From the IMG/VR virus record IMGVR_UViG_3300000052_000001, positions 1 through 39,818 of that record: 39,818 nucleotides of DNA, one strand, 5' to 3'. A program made the position numbers and the translations under genes. The notes below the pieces were generated by a model, which made no database searches, was not told where the DNA came from, and saw only the letters and a list, made by a program, of their open reading frames with translations. Positions within the stretch are counted from its first letter, which is position 1. Each line of letters begins with the position of its first letter. Positions 14,199 to 21,522 of the stretch are shown piece after piece. This DNA comes from a virus.

Positions 14199-15103
14199 AG
14201 ACCAAAGACGCGATGGTAGGCCGCTGGGCCTGCGCTCTGAAAAAGTACGGGTTGAGCGATAAGCAGGTGAGCGGCAAGCACTGCGAATGCCCGGTATGCG
14301 GCGGCAGCGACCGTTTCCGCTTCGACAACAAGCAGGGCAAGGGGACGTGGTACTGCAACAACTGCGGCGCGGGTGATGGCTTCAAGCTGCTAGTGGCGAT
14401 GACGGGCAAGCCGTTCTCCGAGCTGGCTCGCGAGCTTGACCGCGATATCGGCAACTTCGACACCGCCGAAGCGCCGCGCACCGACACCAGTGAGCTGGTG
14501 GGCAAAATCTCGGCGGGCCTGGTTGCGCTCGCCGATATCGACCCGGTAGTCCGCTACCTGCGCAATCGCGGAATCAACCGCGTGCCGCGTGAGCACCTGC
14601 GCTTCAACCCGCGCGCCCTGCACTGGGGTGAGCGCGGCCACTTTCCGGCGATGGTCGCAGCCATGCGTGATGTGACCGGCAAGGTCCGTGGTTATCACGT
14701 CACCTACCTGAATGATCGCGGCGGCAAAGCCAGCGTATCGAAAGCCCGCCTTTATACCCCAGGCCCAACAGGCGACTGCGTAATCCGCCTGTCTGCCGTC
14801 GTGCCGCATATCGGGCTGGCCGAGGGCGTTGAGACAGCTCTCAGCGTCACGCAGATGTACGGCATTCCGTGTTGGGCAACAGGCGATGCCGGTCGCATGG
14901 AGCGGTTCATGCCGCCAGCCGGAATCGAGCGCGTGACGATCTTCGCTGATATCGACGCAAACCACACCGGGGAGGCTGCCGCCGAGGCGCTGGCACGCCG
15001 CCTGATTATCAACCACCAGATCGAGTGCGACGTGCGCCGCGATTGCGAGCGCGGCACCGACTACAACGACCTACTGCTTAGCCAGTGCAGGGAAACAGCA
15101 TGA
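14195..15103 (+). CDS. DNA primase (P4-type Zn-ribbon plus Toprim domain)
   Basis: CPVCGGSDRFRF...WYCNNCG zinc ribbon. Toprim residues in LAEGVETAL and FADIDAN. ATGA overlap with the helicase. Confidence 0.85.
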   Translation: MKTKDAMVGRWACALKKYGLSDKQVSGKHCECPVCGGSDRFRFDNKQGKGTWYCNNCGAGDGFKLLVAMTGKPFSELARELDRDIGNFDTAEAPRTDTSELVGKISAGLVALADIDPVVRYLRNRGINRVPREHLRFNPRALHWGERGHFPAMVAAMRDVTGKVRGYHVTYLNDRGGKASVSKARLYTPGPTGDCVIRLSAVVPHIGLAEGVETALSVTQMYGIPCWATGDAGRMERFMPPAGIERVTIFADIDANHTGEAAAEALARRLIINHQIECDVRRDCERGTDYNDLLLSQCRETA

Positions 15104-15366
15104 CCGACTACATGGAAATCGCCGAGGCCCTGCGCCAATCGCGGCAGAGCGCCGATCCGAGCGACCGGGCAACCGGAATTGAGACCGCCGAGCGGCTGAG
15201 TGTGGTGGCTGCTGCGCGGGCGCGTATGCAGGGGCAGGGTCGGCCGGACTGCCTCGATTGCGGGTACGACATACCGAAAGAGCGCCGCGCTGCCGTATCT
15301 AACGCCGTGCGCTGCAAGCCCTGCCAGGACCATCACGACGCGCGGGAGGCTCGCCGGTATGGATGA
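15100..15366 (+). CDS. TraR/DksA-family C4 zinc-finger protein
   Basis: CLDCGYDIPKERRAAV...RCKPCQ. ATGA overlap with the primase stop. Confidence 0.8.
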   Translation: MTDYMEIAEALRQSRQSADPSDRATGIETAERLSVVAAARARMQGQGRPDCLDCGYDIPKERRAAVSNAVRCKPCQDHHDAREARRYG

Positions 15367-15697
15367 GCAGATCGAGCGCCCGCTGACCTTCATCCGCGAC
15401 CGCGCGCAGGAGCACGCCGAGGCCAAGGCCAACCGCGTTTACCTGGAGCAGTTCCGCAAGAGCAAGAAAGCGATCCTGATGCAGGAAGCCGAGCGCGAAG
15501 GAATCAAGACCATCGCCGAGCGCGAGGCTTTCGCTTACGCGCACCCGGATTACCTGGGGTTGCTGGACGGCCTCAAGGTGGCCGTAGAGCGCGAGGAGTA
15601 CCTGAAGACGCAGATCGGCGTGGCTCAGCTGCGAATCGAGCTGTATCGCACGGAGCAGGCCAACCAGCGAGCAGAACGGAAGGGGTACGGCGCATGA
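15359..15697 (+). CDS. Hypothetical coiled-coil protein (112 aa)
   Basis: ATG at 15359 overlaps the TraR 3' end by 8 nt. Confidence 0.6.
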   Translation: MDEQIERPLTFIRDRAQEHAEAKANRVYLEQFRKSKKAILMQEAEREGIKTIAEREAFAYAHPDYLGLLDGLKVAVEREEYLKTQIGVAQLRIELYRTEQANQRAERKGYGA

Positions 15698-15996
15698 CCA
15701 AGGCCGAGAAAGCCCATCTCTCCCGCGTCGCCGCCCTGGGCTGTGTCGCCTGCTACATGCAAGGCACGCCCGGCACGCCAGCCGAGGTCCATCACCCGCG
15801 CGCCGGTCGCGGCAAGGGTCAGCGCGCAAGCCACATGGATGGCATACCGCTCTGCCCAATGCATCACCGTGGCACGGCGCACCCGGCCGTCCCCAGCATC
15901 CACCTGGCAAAGCTGGCGTTCATCGAGCGATTCGGAACAGAGGAGAAGTTGTTGCAGTTGGTGCAACAGCTAACAGGACAGGAGCAGGCGGCATGA
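15694..15996 (+). CDS. Ref-like (RecA-dependent nuclease family) HNH protein
   Basis: GCVACY...EVHHPR...IPLCPMHHRG pattern. ATGA overlap with the upstream gene. Confidence 0.6.
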   Translation: MTKAEKAHLSRVAALGCVACYMQGTPGTPAEVHHPRAGRGKGQRASHMDGIPLCPMHHRGTAHPAVPSIHLAKLAFIERFGTEEKLLQLVQQLTGQEQAA

Positions 15997-16433
15997 GCCA
16001 CGACCACTACTTCATCGACGTTTCCCACTATGACCGCGTGGACGTGTACCGCCTGATTGAGCTGATCGGCATCACTTGCCCTGTGGCTCAGCACGTTTTC
16101 AAGAAGGCGTTCGCCACCGGAAAGCGGGGCCACAAGGATCTGCGCCGCGACTGGCAGGACATTGCCGACAGCGCCGCTCGCCGGTTGCGGATGATGGATG
16201 AGGACGCCAAGGCCGAAATGCGCCGCGAGGTCGGACGCAAGCTGGCTGACGGCGTGCGCAAGGTTGCCGGGGGTGCGGTCTGCAACGACCCCCGCGCCGT
16301 AGTTGGTGTTGACGTGGCATTCGATACCGAGAAGCACCTGAACTTCGCGCCGACCGGCTGCGGCTGCTGCGGGGCGCAAGAACTTGAACCGCACAAGATG
16401 AGCTGCGAGAAGCGCGGAGGCTGCCATGAGTGA
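15993..16433 (+). CDS. Hypothetical protein (146 aa; N-terminus resembles DUF3310-type phage proteins)
   Basis: HYDRVDVYRLIELIG...KKAFATGKRGHKD. Cys-rich C-terminus. Confidence 0.6.
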   Translation: MSHDHYFIDVSHYDRVDVYRLIELIGITCPVAQHVFKKAFATGKRGHKDLRRDWQDIADSAARRLRMMDEDAKAEMRREVGRKLADGVRKVAGGAVCNDPRAVVGVDVAFDTEKHLNFAPTGCGCCGAQELEPHKMSCEKRGGCHE

Positions 16434-16651
16434 GCGCGTCGGAGATGACTGGCTCTCGGAATTTGGCCTTATTGCCGCAAGCGGAGAGGGCGCTGATCGA
16501 AGCCAGCAAGATCGGCTACCTGATCCAGCACAAGCTCAAGGGGCTACAGGGCGGGGCGCGGCAGGCAAGGGGGCGGGAGCTTCTGGCGGCTGTGCCGGAG
16601 CATGTGCGGGATGCCGTAACGGCCTGGCTGGTAGCGAGGAAGCCTAGATGA
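16430..16651 (+). CDS. Hypothetical protein (73 aa)
   Basis: GTG start 9 nt after GGAGG. Its stop forms an ATGA overlap with rusA. Its composition is more protein-like than the competing frame at 16426..16647. Confidence 0.5.
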   Translation: MSASEMTGSRNLALLPQAERALIEASKIGYLIQHKLKGLQGGARQARGRELLAAVPEHVRDAVTAWLVARKPR

Positions 16652-17007
16652 CCGCAATCGTCCTGCCGTGGCCCCCCTCCAACAACACCTATTACCGCCG
16701 CGTTGGTGCCAAGACGCTGATCAGCGCAAAGGGCCGCGACTACTGCAAAGACGTGGTGGCGATATGCGCGGCAGCGGGCGTGCAAAAGCTGGAAGGGCGC
16801 CTGTGCGTGACGATTGCGGCTTGCCCGCCAGACCGGCGCCGCCGTGATCTGGACAACCTACTCAAGGGGCTCTTGGACGCCCTGACGCACGGCGGGGCAT
16901 GGGATGACGACAGCCAGATCGACCAGCTAGCGATTATCAGAGGCCCTATCAAGGCCCAAGGCTGCGTTGAAGTGACCATTTCAGAGATAGAAGGGGAGGC
17001 AGCCTAA
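16648..17007 (+). CDS. rusA: RusA-family Holliday junction resolvase
   Basis: LPWPPSNNTYY...RRRDLDNLLKGLLDAL...DDSQI is the RusA signature. Confidence 0.9.
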   Translation: MTAIVLPWPPSNNTYYRRVGAKTLISAKGRDYCKDVVAICAAAGVQKLEGRLCVTIAACPPDRRRRDLDNLLKGLLDALTHGGAWDDDSQIDQLAIIRGPIKAQGCVEVTISEIEGEAA

Positions 17008-18542
17008 TGGTTGCACGCAAGGCGACGGACGAAGACTTGCAAGAGGCGTTTGGCTCGATGAGCCTGCGGCAGATGGCCCGGCACTTCAACATGAATCACC
17101 GGACCATCGAGCGCCGCTTGCAGCGCCTCGGATTGGGCCGCACGGATAGCGTGGAGCCTGTGCCAATGCAGGCAGAGACCTACGTTATCACGGCGGCGGT
17201 AAATGCCACCAAGGCCCATGCCGGCTTCCTCAAGACCTTGCAGCTCTACTGCTCGATGCGCGGGGCGCGCCTGGTCGTGATCCCGATGCGCTACAAGAAC
17301 CCGACCCGTCGCGACGAAGTGGCCGATGACGACTGGTGGGACGCTCGCCTGGCGCCGTACATCACCCACGAGCGGACCAAGCTCGCCAAGGGGCTGGTGG
17401 TGCTGGCGGACATCAAGATTCAGCCGACCGCCGTTAACCCCCTGCAGGGCTGGCTGACGGTATCAGGGACTGATTCGGCCATCCTCGGGCATACCAAGAT
17501 CGCGCTGCGCACCGTGGCGACCAATCCGGGCGTGCCGGCAAAGCTGGTCCTGACTACCGGGGCCTGTACGGTCGAGCAGTACAGCGACACCAATGCCGGG
17601 CGTCGCGGCGAGTTTCACCACACGCTCGGGGCGGTTGTCGTGGAAGTCGACGGAGCGCGCAACCACATCCGCCACATTTGCCCGATGCGCGATGGATCCT
17701 TTATCGACCTCGGCACCAAGTACACCGCGAGGGGCGCAGAGCGGGCGCCACAAGCCGAAGTCCTGACGATGGGGGATATCCATGCGGAGATGGCAGACCC
17801 GAGCGTCACAGAGGCAACCAAGGCTCTCGCCAGCCTGATCCGTCCTCGCTATCTGGTGCTGCATGACGTGCTGAACTTTGGAGCTGCCAGCCATCATGCG
17901 CGCTACTTCGAGAAGTTCCGGCGCCACGTCAGCGGCACAAGCGGCGTGCTGCATGAACTGAAGGCGACCGCGCGTCACGTCGACACCCTGGCGCAGCTTG
18001 CCGATACGACCGTAATCGCTGGATCGAACCACCACGACCACTTCGGCCAGTGGCTAGAGCGCGCCGAACACGCCAACGACATGGAAAACGCCCTGGTGTT
18101 TCACGAAACCAAGGCGGCGATGCTGCGCGCTATCCATGAGGGCGGCTACTGCGACCCGTTCAAGCACTGGATGGACAAGCTCATGACCAGCGGCGACCGC
18201 CTGCATTGGCTCAAGCCCGGCGAGTCGTTCATGCGTCATGGGATCGAATTCGCCTGGCATGGGCATAAAGGCCCGAATGGCGCCCGAGGCTCGACGCGCG
18301 GCTTCGCCAACATCGGCGCCAAAGTCACCAAGGGCCATTCGCACGGAGCCGAGATTATCGACGGCGCCCACTCGGTCGGGACCAGCTCGAAAATGGATAT
18401 GGGCTACAACGTCGACAGCCCGAGTTCCTGGACCCATACGCACGACATTACCTACGCCAACGGCAAGCGGACGCTGATCCACTGCGTAGGTGGGGCATTC
18501 TTTCGCCGCGATGCGGCACAGGCACGGGGAGCCGCAGCATGA
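17007..18542 (+). CDS. 511-aa fusion: N-terminal HTH, unknown central domain, C-terminal calcineurin-like metallophosphoesterase motifs
   Basis: HTH-like LRQMARHFNMNHRTIERRLQRLG. Phosphoesterase motifs GDIHAE (I), LHDVLNF (II, degenerate), GSNHHDH (III), WHGHKG (IV) and GHSHG (V), in the canonical order. Confidence 0.7.
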   Translation: MVARKATDEDLQEAFGSMSLRQMARHFNMNHRTIERRLQRLGLGRTDSVEPVPMQAETYVITAAVNATKAHAGFLKTLQLYCSMRGARLVVIPMRYKNPTRRDEVADDDWWDARLAPYITHERTKLAKGLVVLADIKIQPTAVNPLQGWLTVSGTDSAILGHTKIALRTVATNPGVPAKLVLTTGACTVEQYSDTNAGRRGEFHHTLGAVVVEVDGARNHIRHICPMRDGSFIDLGTKYTARGAERAPQAEVLTMGDIHAEMADPSVTEATKALASLIRPRYLVLHDVLNFGAASHHARYFEKFRRHVSGTSGVLHELKATARHVDTLAQLADTTVIAGSNHHDHFGQWLERAEHANDMENALVFHETKAAMLRAIHEGGYCDPFKHWMDKLMTSGDRLHWLKPGESFMRHGIEFAWHGHKGPNGARGSTRGFANIGAKVTKGHSHGAEIIDGAHSVGTSSKMDMGYNVDSPSSWTHTHDITYANGKRTLIHCVGGAFFRRDAAQARGAAA

Positions 18543-19084
18543 CCTACCAGAACGTTGTTTCAGCAGTAGTCCGGGCGCTGGCGTCCGAGACGATCAATAG
18601 CGCCGGGGGCTGTGATATGGAGCCCAAGGTGCAAAAAGCGCCCATTCCTGGCGAGATCAGCGGGCGCGAGGCAGCCTTCCTGTTCGACTGCATGGTCCAC
18701 GCCGTCCTGCATCGCGAGCTGACGACAGAGCAGTGGGATGCGTTGACCGCGAAATACTCGACGCACATCGACCGCAAACACGCGGCAATGATGGCCCTGG
18801 CTGCGCGCGTGAAATCCCCGGCGCCGAAGCGTTTCGTCGAGTGTGCGACCGCGACATGGGCTTTCCCGAAACTACCGGGCGCTGACGGCAAGCGGAGTAC
18901 AAATGTACTCCCCTCGGGATGGTACGAGATTGACCGCTGGGATGAGGACGGTCGGCCGCAGAAAACCCTTGAGCGGTGGAGGCGTGACATTCGCCGGGAT
19001 CTGGAGCGGCAGGTAGACGAGGCGCTAGTCGCGGCGCAAGAGCTGCTGGATGCCGAGGGGCTGATACGCGAGTGCGCGGCGTGA
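18539..19084 (+). CDS. Hypothetical protein (181 aa); by position a possible late-gene regulator
   Basis: ATGA overlap with the upstream gene. Last gene of the rightward early operon. No motif recognised with confidence. Confidence 0.6.
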   Translation: MTYQNVVSAVVRALASETINSAGGCDMEPKVQKAPIPGEISGREAAFLFDCMVHAVLHRELTTEQWDALTAKYSTHIDRKHAAMMALAARVKSPAPKRFVECATATWAFPKLPGADGKRSTNVLPSGWYEIDRWDEDGRPQKTLERWRRDIRRDLERQVDEALVAAQELLDAEGLIRECAA

Positions 19085-19104
19085 AAATATTCTGCTCGGG
19101 GGTG

Positions 19105-19132
19105 TTGATTAGGAAATCTTTTCCGGTATAGT
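19105..19132 (+). promoter_or_regulatory. Strong sigma70-type promoter TTGATT-16-TATAGT
   Basis: Near-consensus hexamers in an otherwise GC-rich genome. The spacer contains the inverted repeat GGAAAtctTTTCC (19112..19124), a candidate operator. Confidence 0.65.
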
Positions 19133-19179
19133 GAAGCCATGCCAGCCAATAAGGCGAGGCGAAACCAAGGAGAGACACC

Positions 19180-19398
19180 ATGAACGCAGCACGCCAATTC
19201 ATCGAAGCCATCGCATCCAACATGGCCGAACTCAAGAAGCCGCTGATCGACATTCGCAACGTGCTGGAAGACGGCGAGGCGCTGACCTACCTCGGCGCAA
19301 CCGATGACGACCAGGAGATGGTCGAGGAAGCGCACGACATGGTTACGGCATGGATCAACGCCGGCCACCTGACCCTCGATCAAGTAACCGAAGCCTGA
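19180..19398 (+). CDS. Small acidic protein (72 aa), candidate anti-CRISPR 1
   Basis: AAGGAGAG Shine-Dalgarno. About 15 Asp/Glu against 4 Lys/Arg. First gene after the strong promoter and upstream of the Aca1-like HTH. Confidence 0.6.
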   Translation: MNAARQFIEAIASNMAELKKPLIDIRNVLEDGEALTYLGATDDDQEMVEEAHDMVTAWINAGHLTLDQVTEA

Positions 19399-19474
19399 GC
19401 CGACCCCAAGCGGCCTGTCCATCGCGGGCCGCAACCAGCCAGCCGAGAGGCGAGGCGAAATCAGGGAGATGAAC

Positions 19475-19693
19475 ATGCCCGCACAAGATTGCAGCGAAGA
19501 GCGCGACACGCTCACCGATGGCGAAATCGAGATCAGCATCAATCGAGTTCGCCCCGAGGCGCCCGTCTGGTGGCGTTGGGCCTGCGCCGATGAGTGGCAG
19601 GGCCTGCCGTTCCAGACAGCAGACCTGAACCCCTCGGATGAGTACGCGCTGCGCACTGTCCGTGACTGGCTGGCGATTGACGATGAAGCCTGA
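19475..19693 (+). CDS. Small acidic protein (72 aa), candidate anti-CRISPR 2
   Basis: Start chosen by analogy of Shine-Dalgarno spacing with the first gene (an alternative ATG lies at 19469). About 17 Asp/Glu against 6 Arg. Trp-rich core. Confidence 0.6.
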   Translation: MPAQDCSEERDTLTDGEIEISINRVRPEAPVWWRWACADEWQGLPFQTADLNPSDEYALRTVRDWLAIDDEA

Positions 19694-19901
19694 CGCCTCC
19701 CGCCACAACCCCGACCCATCCTACCTGCGCGGGTTACTGGAGCAAGCCGGCCTGAGCCAGCGCAAAGCCGCCGAACTGCTGGGTATGAGCGACCGCAATA
19801 TGCGGTACTACCTCGCAGACGAGGGCAGTCCAGCACACAAGCCCGCGCCGTACCCTGTGCAGTTTGCACTGGAATGTTTGGCGGCATGCAAAGAGGGTTG
19901 A
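19683..19901 (+). CDS. aca1: Aca1-like HTH transcriptional regulator (anti-CRISPR-associated)
   Basis: KPDASRHNPDPSYLRGLLEQAGLSQRKAAELLGMSDRNMRYYLA...PAPYPVQFALECLA matches my recollection of Aca1 from JBD30-type phages. Overlaps the upstream ORF by 11 nt. An alternative ATG lies at 19638. Confidence 0.65.
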   Translation: MKPDASRHNPDPSYLRGLLEQAGLSQRKAAELLGMSDRNMRYYLADEGSPAHKPAPYPVQFALECLAACKEG

Positions 19902-19972
19902 CAGAGCGCGCCAATGAGCCGATGATGAGCCATCCTGTCGATTCTGCGCGTTAAGGATTGACACATAACACC

Positions 19973-20015
19973 GAAGCCCCGGCACAGAGCGATCTGGTCG
20001 GGGCTTCTTCGTTTC
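19973..20015 (+). terminator. Rho-independent terminator closing the three-gene cassette
   Basis: 9-bp stem gaagccccg/cggggcttc with a 17-nt loop, followed by TTCGTTTC. Confidence 0.6.
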
Positions 20016-20170
20016 GGGCGTCAACGGCTGTTTGAATGGCTCGCCCCCCATGCGCCCATCCCATCCCCGGCATGCTTGCAATCGGCCTCGCGCCACATGC
20101 AGCACAAACCGCGACCTGAGTACAGGTATCGCCCTGCTGACGAGCGGGGAGTCGGGCTCTACACCTTTCG

Positions 20171-20195
20171 GCCTCGCCTAGTGCGGGGCTTTTTG
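20171..20195 (+). terminator. Second rho-independent terminator upstream of the methyltransferase gene
   Basis: Stem gcctcgc/gcggggc (one G.U pair), loop ctagt, followed by TTTTT. Confidence 0.55.
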
Positions 20196-20212
20196 CATTC
20201 TGGAGTTTCGCT

Positions 20213-20935
20213 ATGTTCGATCTTCGCCTCGGAGACTGCCTTGAGGTGATGGCGGATATTCCAGATGGCAGCGTTGACCTGATCCTGTGCGATCTGCCCT
20301 ACGGCACCACGGCCTGCAAGTGGGATTCGGTAATTCCGTTCGAGCCGCTGTGGGCGCAGTACCGGCGCATTGCCAAGAAGAATGCGGCCATTGTGCTGAC
20401 GGCGAGCCAGCCGTTCACTACGGCTCTAATCGCGTCGAACATGAGCGAGTTCAAGTATTCGTGGGTATGGCGCAAGTCAAACGCCAGCGGCTTTGCAAAT
20501 GCGAAAAAGCGCCCCTTGAAAATATGCGAGGACGTTTGCGTGTTTGCCTGTGGAGTGCCGCCGTACCAGCCGCAGGGTCTTGAAAGACTTATCAAGCCAA
20601 AAGAGCGAAAGGCAAAGGTTGGCGAGGCAGTTGGCGGGAATGGCTTTTACGACGGCTATCTTCAGGAATGGACCAATTACCCGAAGAACATCCTCGAATT
20701 CCAGAGTGATCGCGGCCACCACCCCACACAAAAGCCCGTCGCCCTGATGGAATACCTGATCCGCACCTATACAAATGAGGGCGACACAGTCCTCGATAAC
20801 TGCATGGGCAGCGGAACTACCGGAGTCGCCTGCGCCAACGCAGGCCGCCGCTTCATCGGCATAGAGCGCGATCCCGGCTACTTCGCCATAGCCCAGCAGC
20901 GCATTGCCCAAGCACACCAGGCGCAAGTCGCCTAG
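20213..20935 (+). CDS. Orphan beta-class DNA methyltransferase (N6-adenine/N4-cytosine type)
   Basis: Motif IV DLPYG near the N-terminus and motif I DNCMGSGTTG near the C-terminus. No partner endonuclease. Visibly lower GC than its neighbours. Confidence 0.85.
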   Translation: MFDLRLGDCLEVMADIPDGSVDLILCDLPYGTTACKWDSVIPFEPLWAQYRRIAKKNAAIVLTASQPFTTALIASNMSEFKYSWVWRKSNASGFANAKKRPLKICEDVCVFACGVPPYQPQGLERLIKPKERKAKVGEAVGGNGFYDGYLQEWTNYPKNILEFQSDRGHHPTQKPVALMEYLIRTYTNEGDTVLDNCMGSGTTGVACANAGRRFIGIERDPGYFAIAQQRIAQAHQAQVA

Positions 20936-20941
20936 ACCTTT

Positions 20942-20997
20942 CCGGCTCCCGATCCTGCGTCTTTGCTTAGGCGGATGACAGCGCATCGGAGAGCCGG
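20942..20997 (+). promoter_or_regulatory. Long imperfect hairpin between the methyltransferase and holin genes
   Basis: Arms ccggctcccgat and atcggagagccgg form 12 bp with one bulged A and a 31-nt loop. No U-tract follows. Confidence 0.4.
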
Positions 20998-21020
20998 ACC
21001 CAATCACAAGAGACCTCGTT

Positions 21021-21338
21021 ATGACAGCAGAGCAGCAGACTCTCGCGGACATGCCGTTCTGGCTGCTCGTACTGATTTCAATCGCCGGACTGTCCGGGGA
21101 GATGCTGCGCGCATCGGGTGATGATCTGACCATGGGGCAGATAGCCAAGCGCGTTGCCCTCCGATTCAGTGCGTCGGGCTTCCTCGGCATGAGCACATTG
21201 ATGCTCGCGCTGGCGTTCGGCTCTGGAATCTACATGGCAGGCGGCATCGGCATTGTGGTTGCGGTGCTCGGCGCTGATGTGGCTGGCGGCCTGTATACGC
21301 AATGGCTGGCCCGCAAGGCTGGCATTCGCGCGGAGTGA
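21021..21338 (+). CDS. Class I holin (lambda S-like, three TM segments)
   Basis: Three hydrophobic segments and a charged C-terminal tail. ...GGLYTQWLARKAGI resembles the lambda S C-terminus ...SLIKRFAAKKAGV. Confidence 0.7.
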   Translation: MTAEQQTLADMPFWLLVLISIAGLSGEMLRASGDDLTMGQIAKRVALRFSASGFLGMSTLMLALAFGSGIYMAGGIGIVVAVLGADVAGGLYTQWLARKAGIRAE

Positions 21339-21342
21339 TCGC

Positions 21343-21459
21343 ATGAGGCGCGCCGTCTGGATTTCCGTCTTCATTTTCGGCCTCGCCACGCTCTGCCTGA
21401 TCGGCTGGGCTGTCATTGAGGGTGTGAGGTGGGTGGCTGGGTTGATGGGCTGCGTGTAG
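21343..21459 (+). CDS. Small single-TM peptide (38 aa)
   Basis: MRRAVWISVFIFGLATLCLIGWAVIEG... Starts 5 nt after the holin stop. Confidence 0.4.
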   Translation: MRRAVWISVFIFGLATLCLIGWAVIEGVRWVAGLMGCV

Positions 21460-21522
21460 CCATGGCCTGCCAGGCATGCGAGAGGCGAAGAGCCTGGATC
21501 AAGAAGTGGGCAAAGGTGGCAT

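Noticed and set aside
16426-16647. Alternative 73-aa ORF starting at the ATG at 16426
   Set aside because: The product is Gly/Ala/Arg-rich low-complexity sequence (GATGRGAAGKGAGASGGCAGACAGC). The overlapping frame from the GTG at 16430 has a better Shine-Dalgarno, balanced composition and an ATGA junction with rusA.
18544-19914. 456-aa minus-strand ORF spanning the 181-aa gene and the acr-like cassette
   Set aside because: The product is Ser/Arg/Ala/Cys-rich and junk-like. It runs through a plus-strand promoter, Shine-Dalgarno sites and intergenic spacers. The plus-strand genes have good Shine-Dalgarno sites and protein-like composition.
20985-20997. 13-nt identity (gcatcggagagcc) between the 20942..20997 hairpin and the minus strand of the 9371..9483 stem
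   Set aside because: A single shared 13-mer is expected by chance many times in a 40-kb genome when both strands are compared. The flanks show no further similarity.
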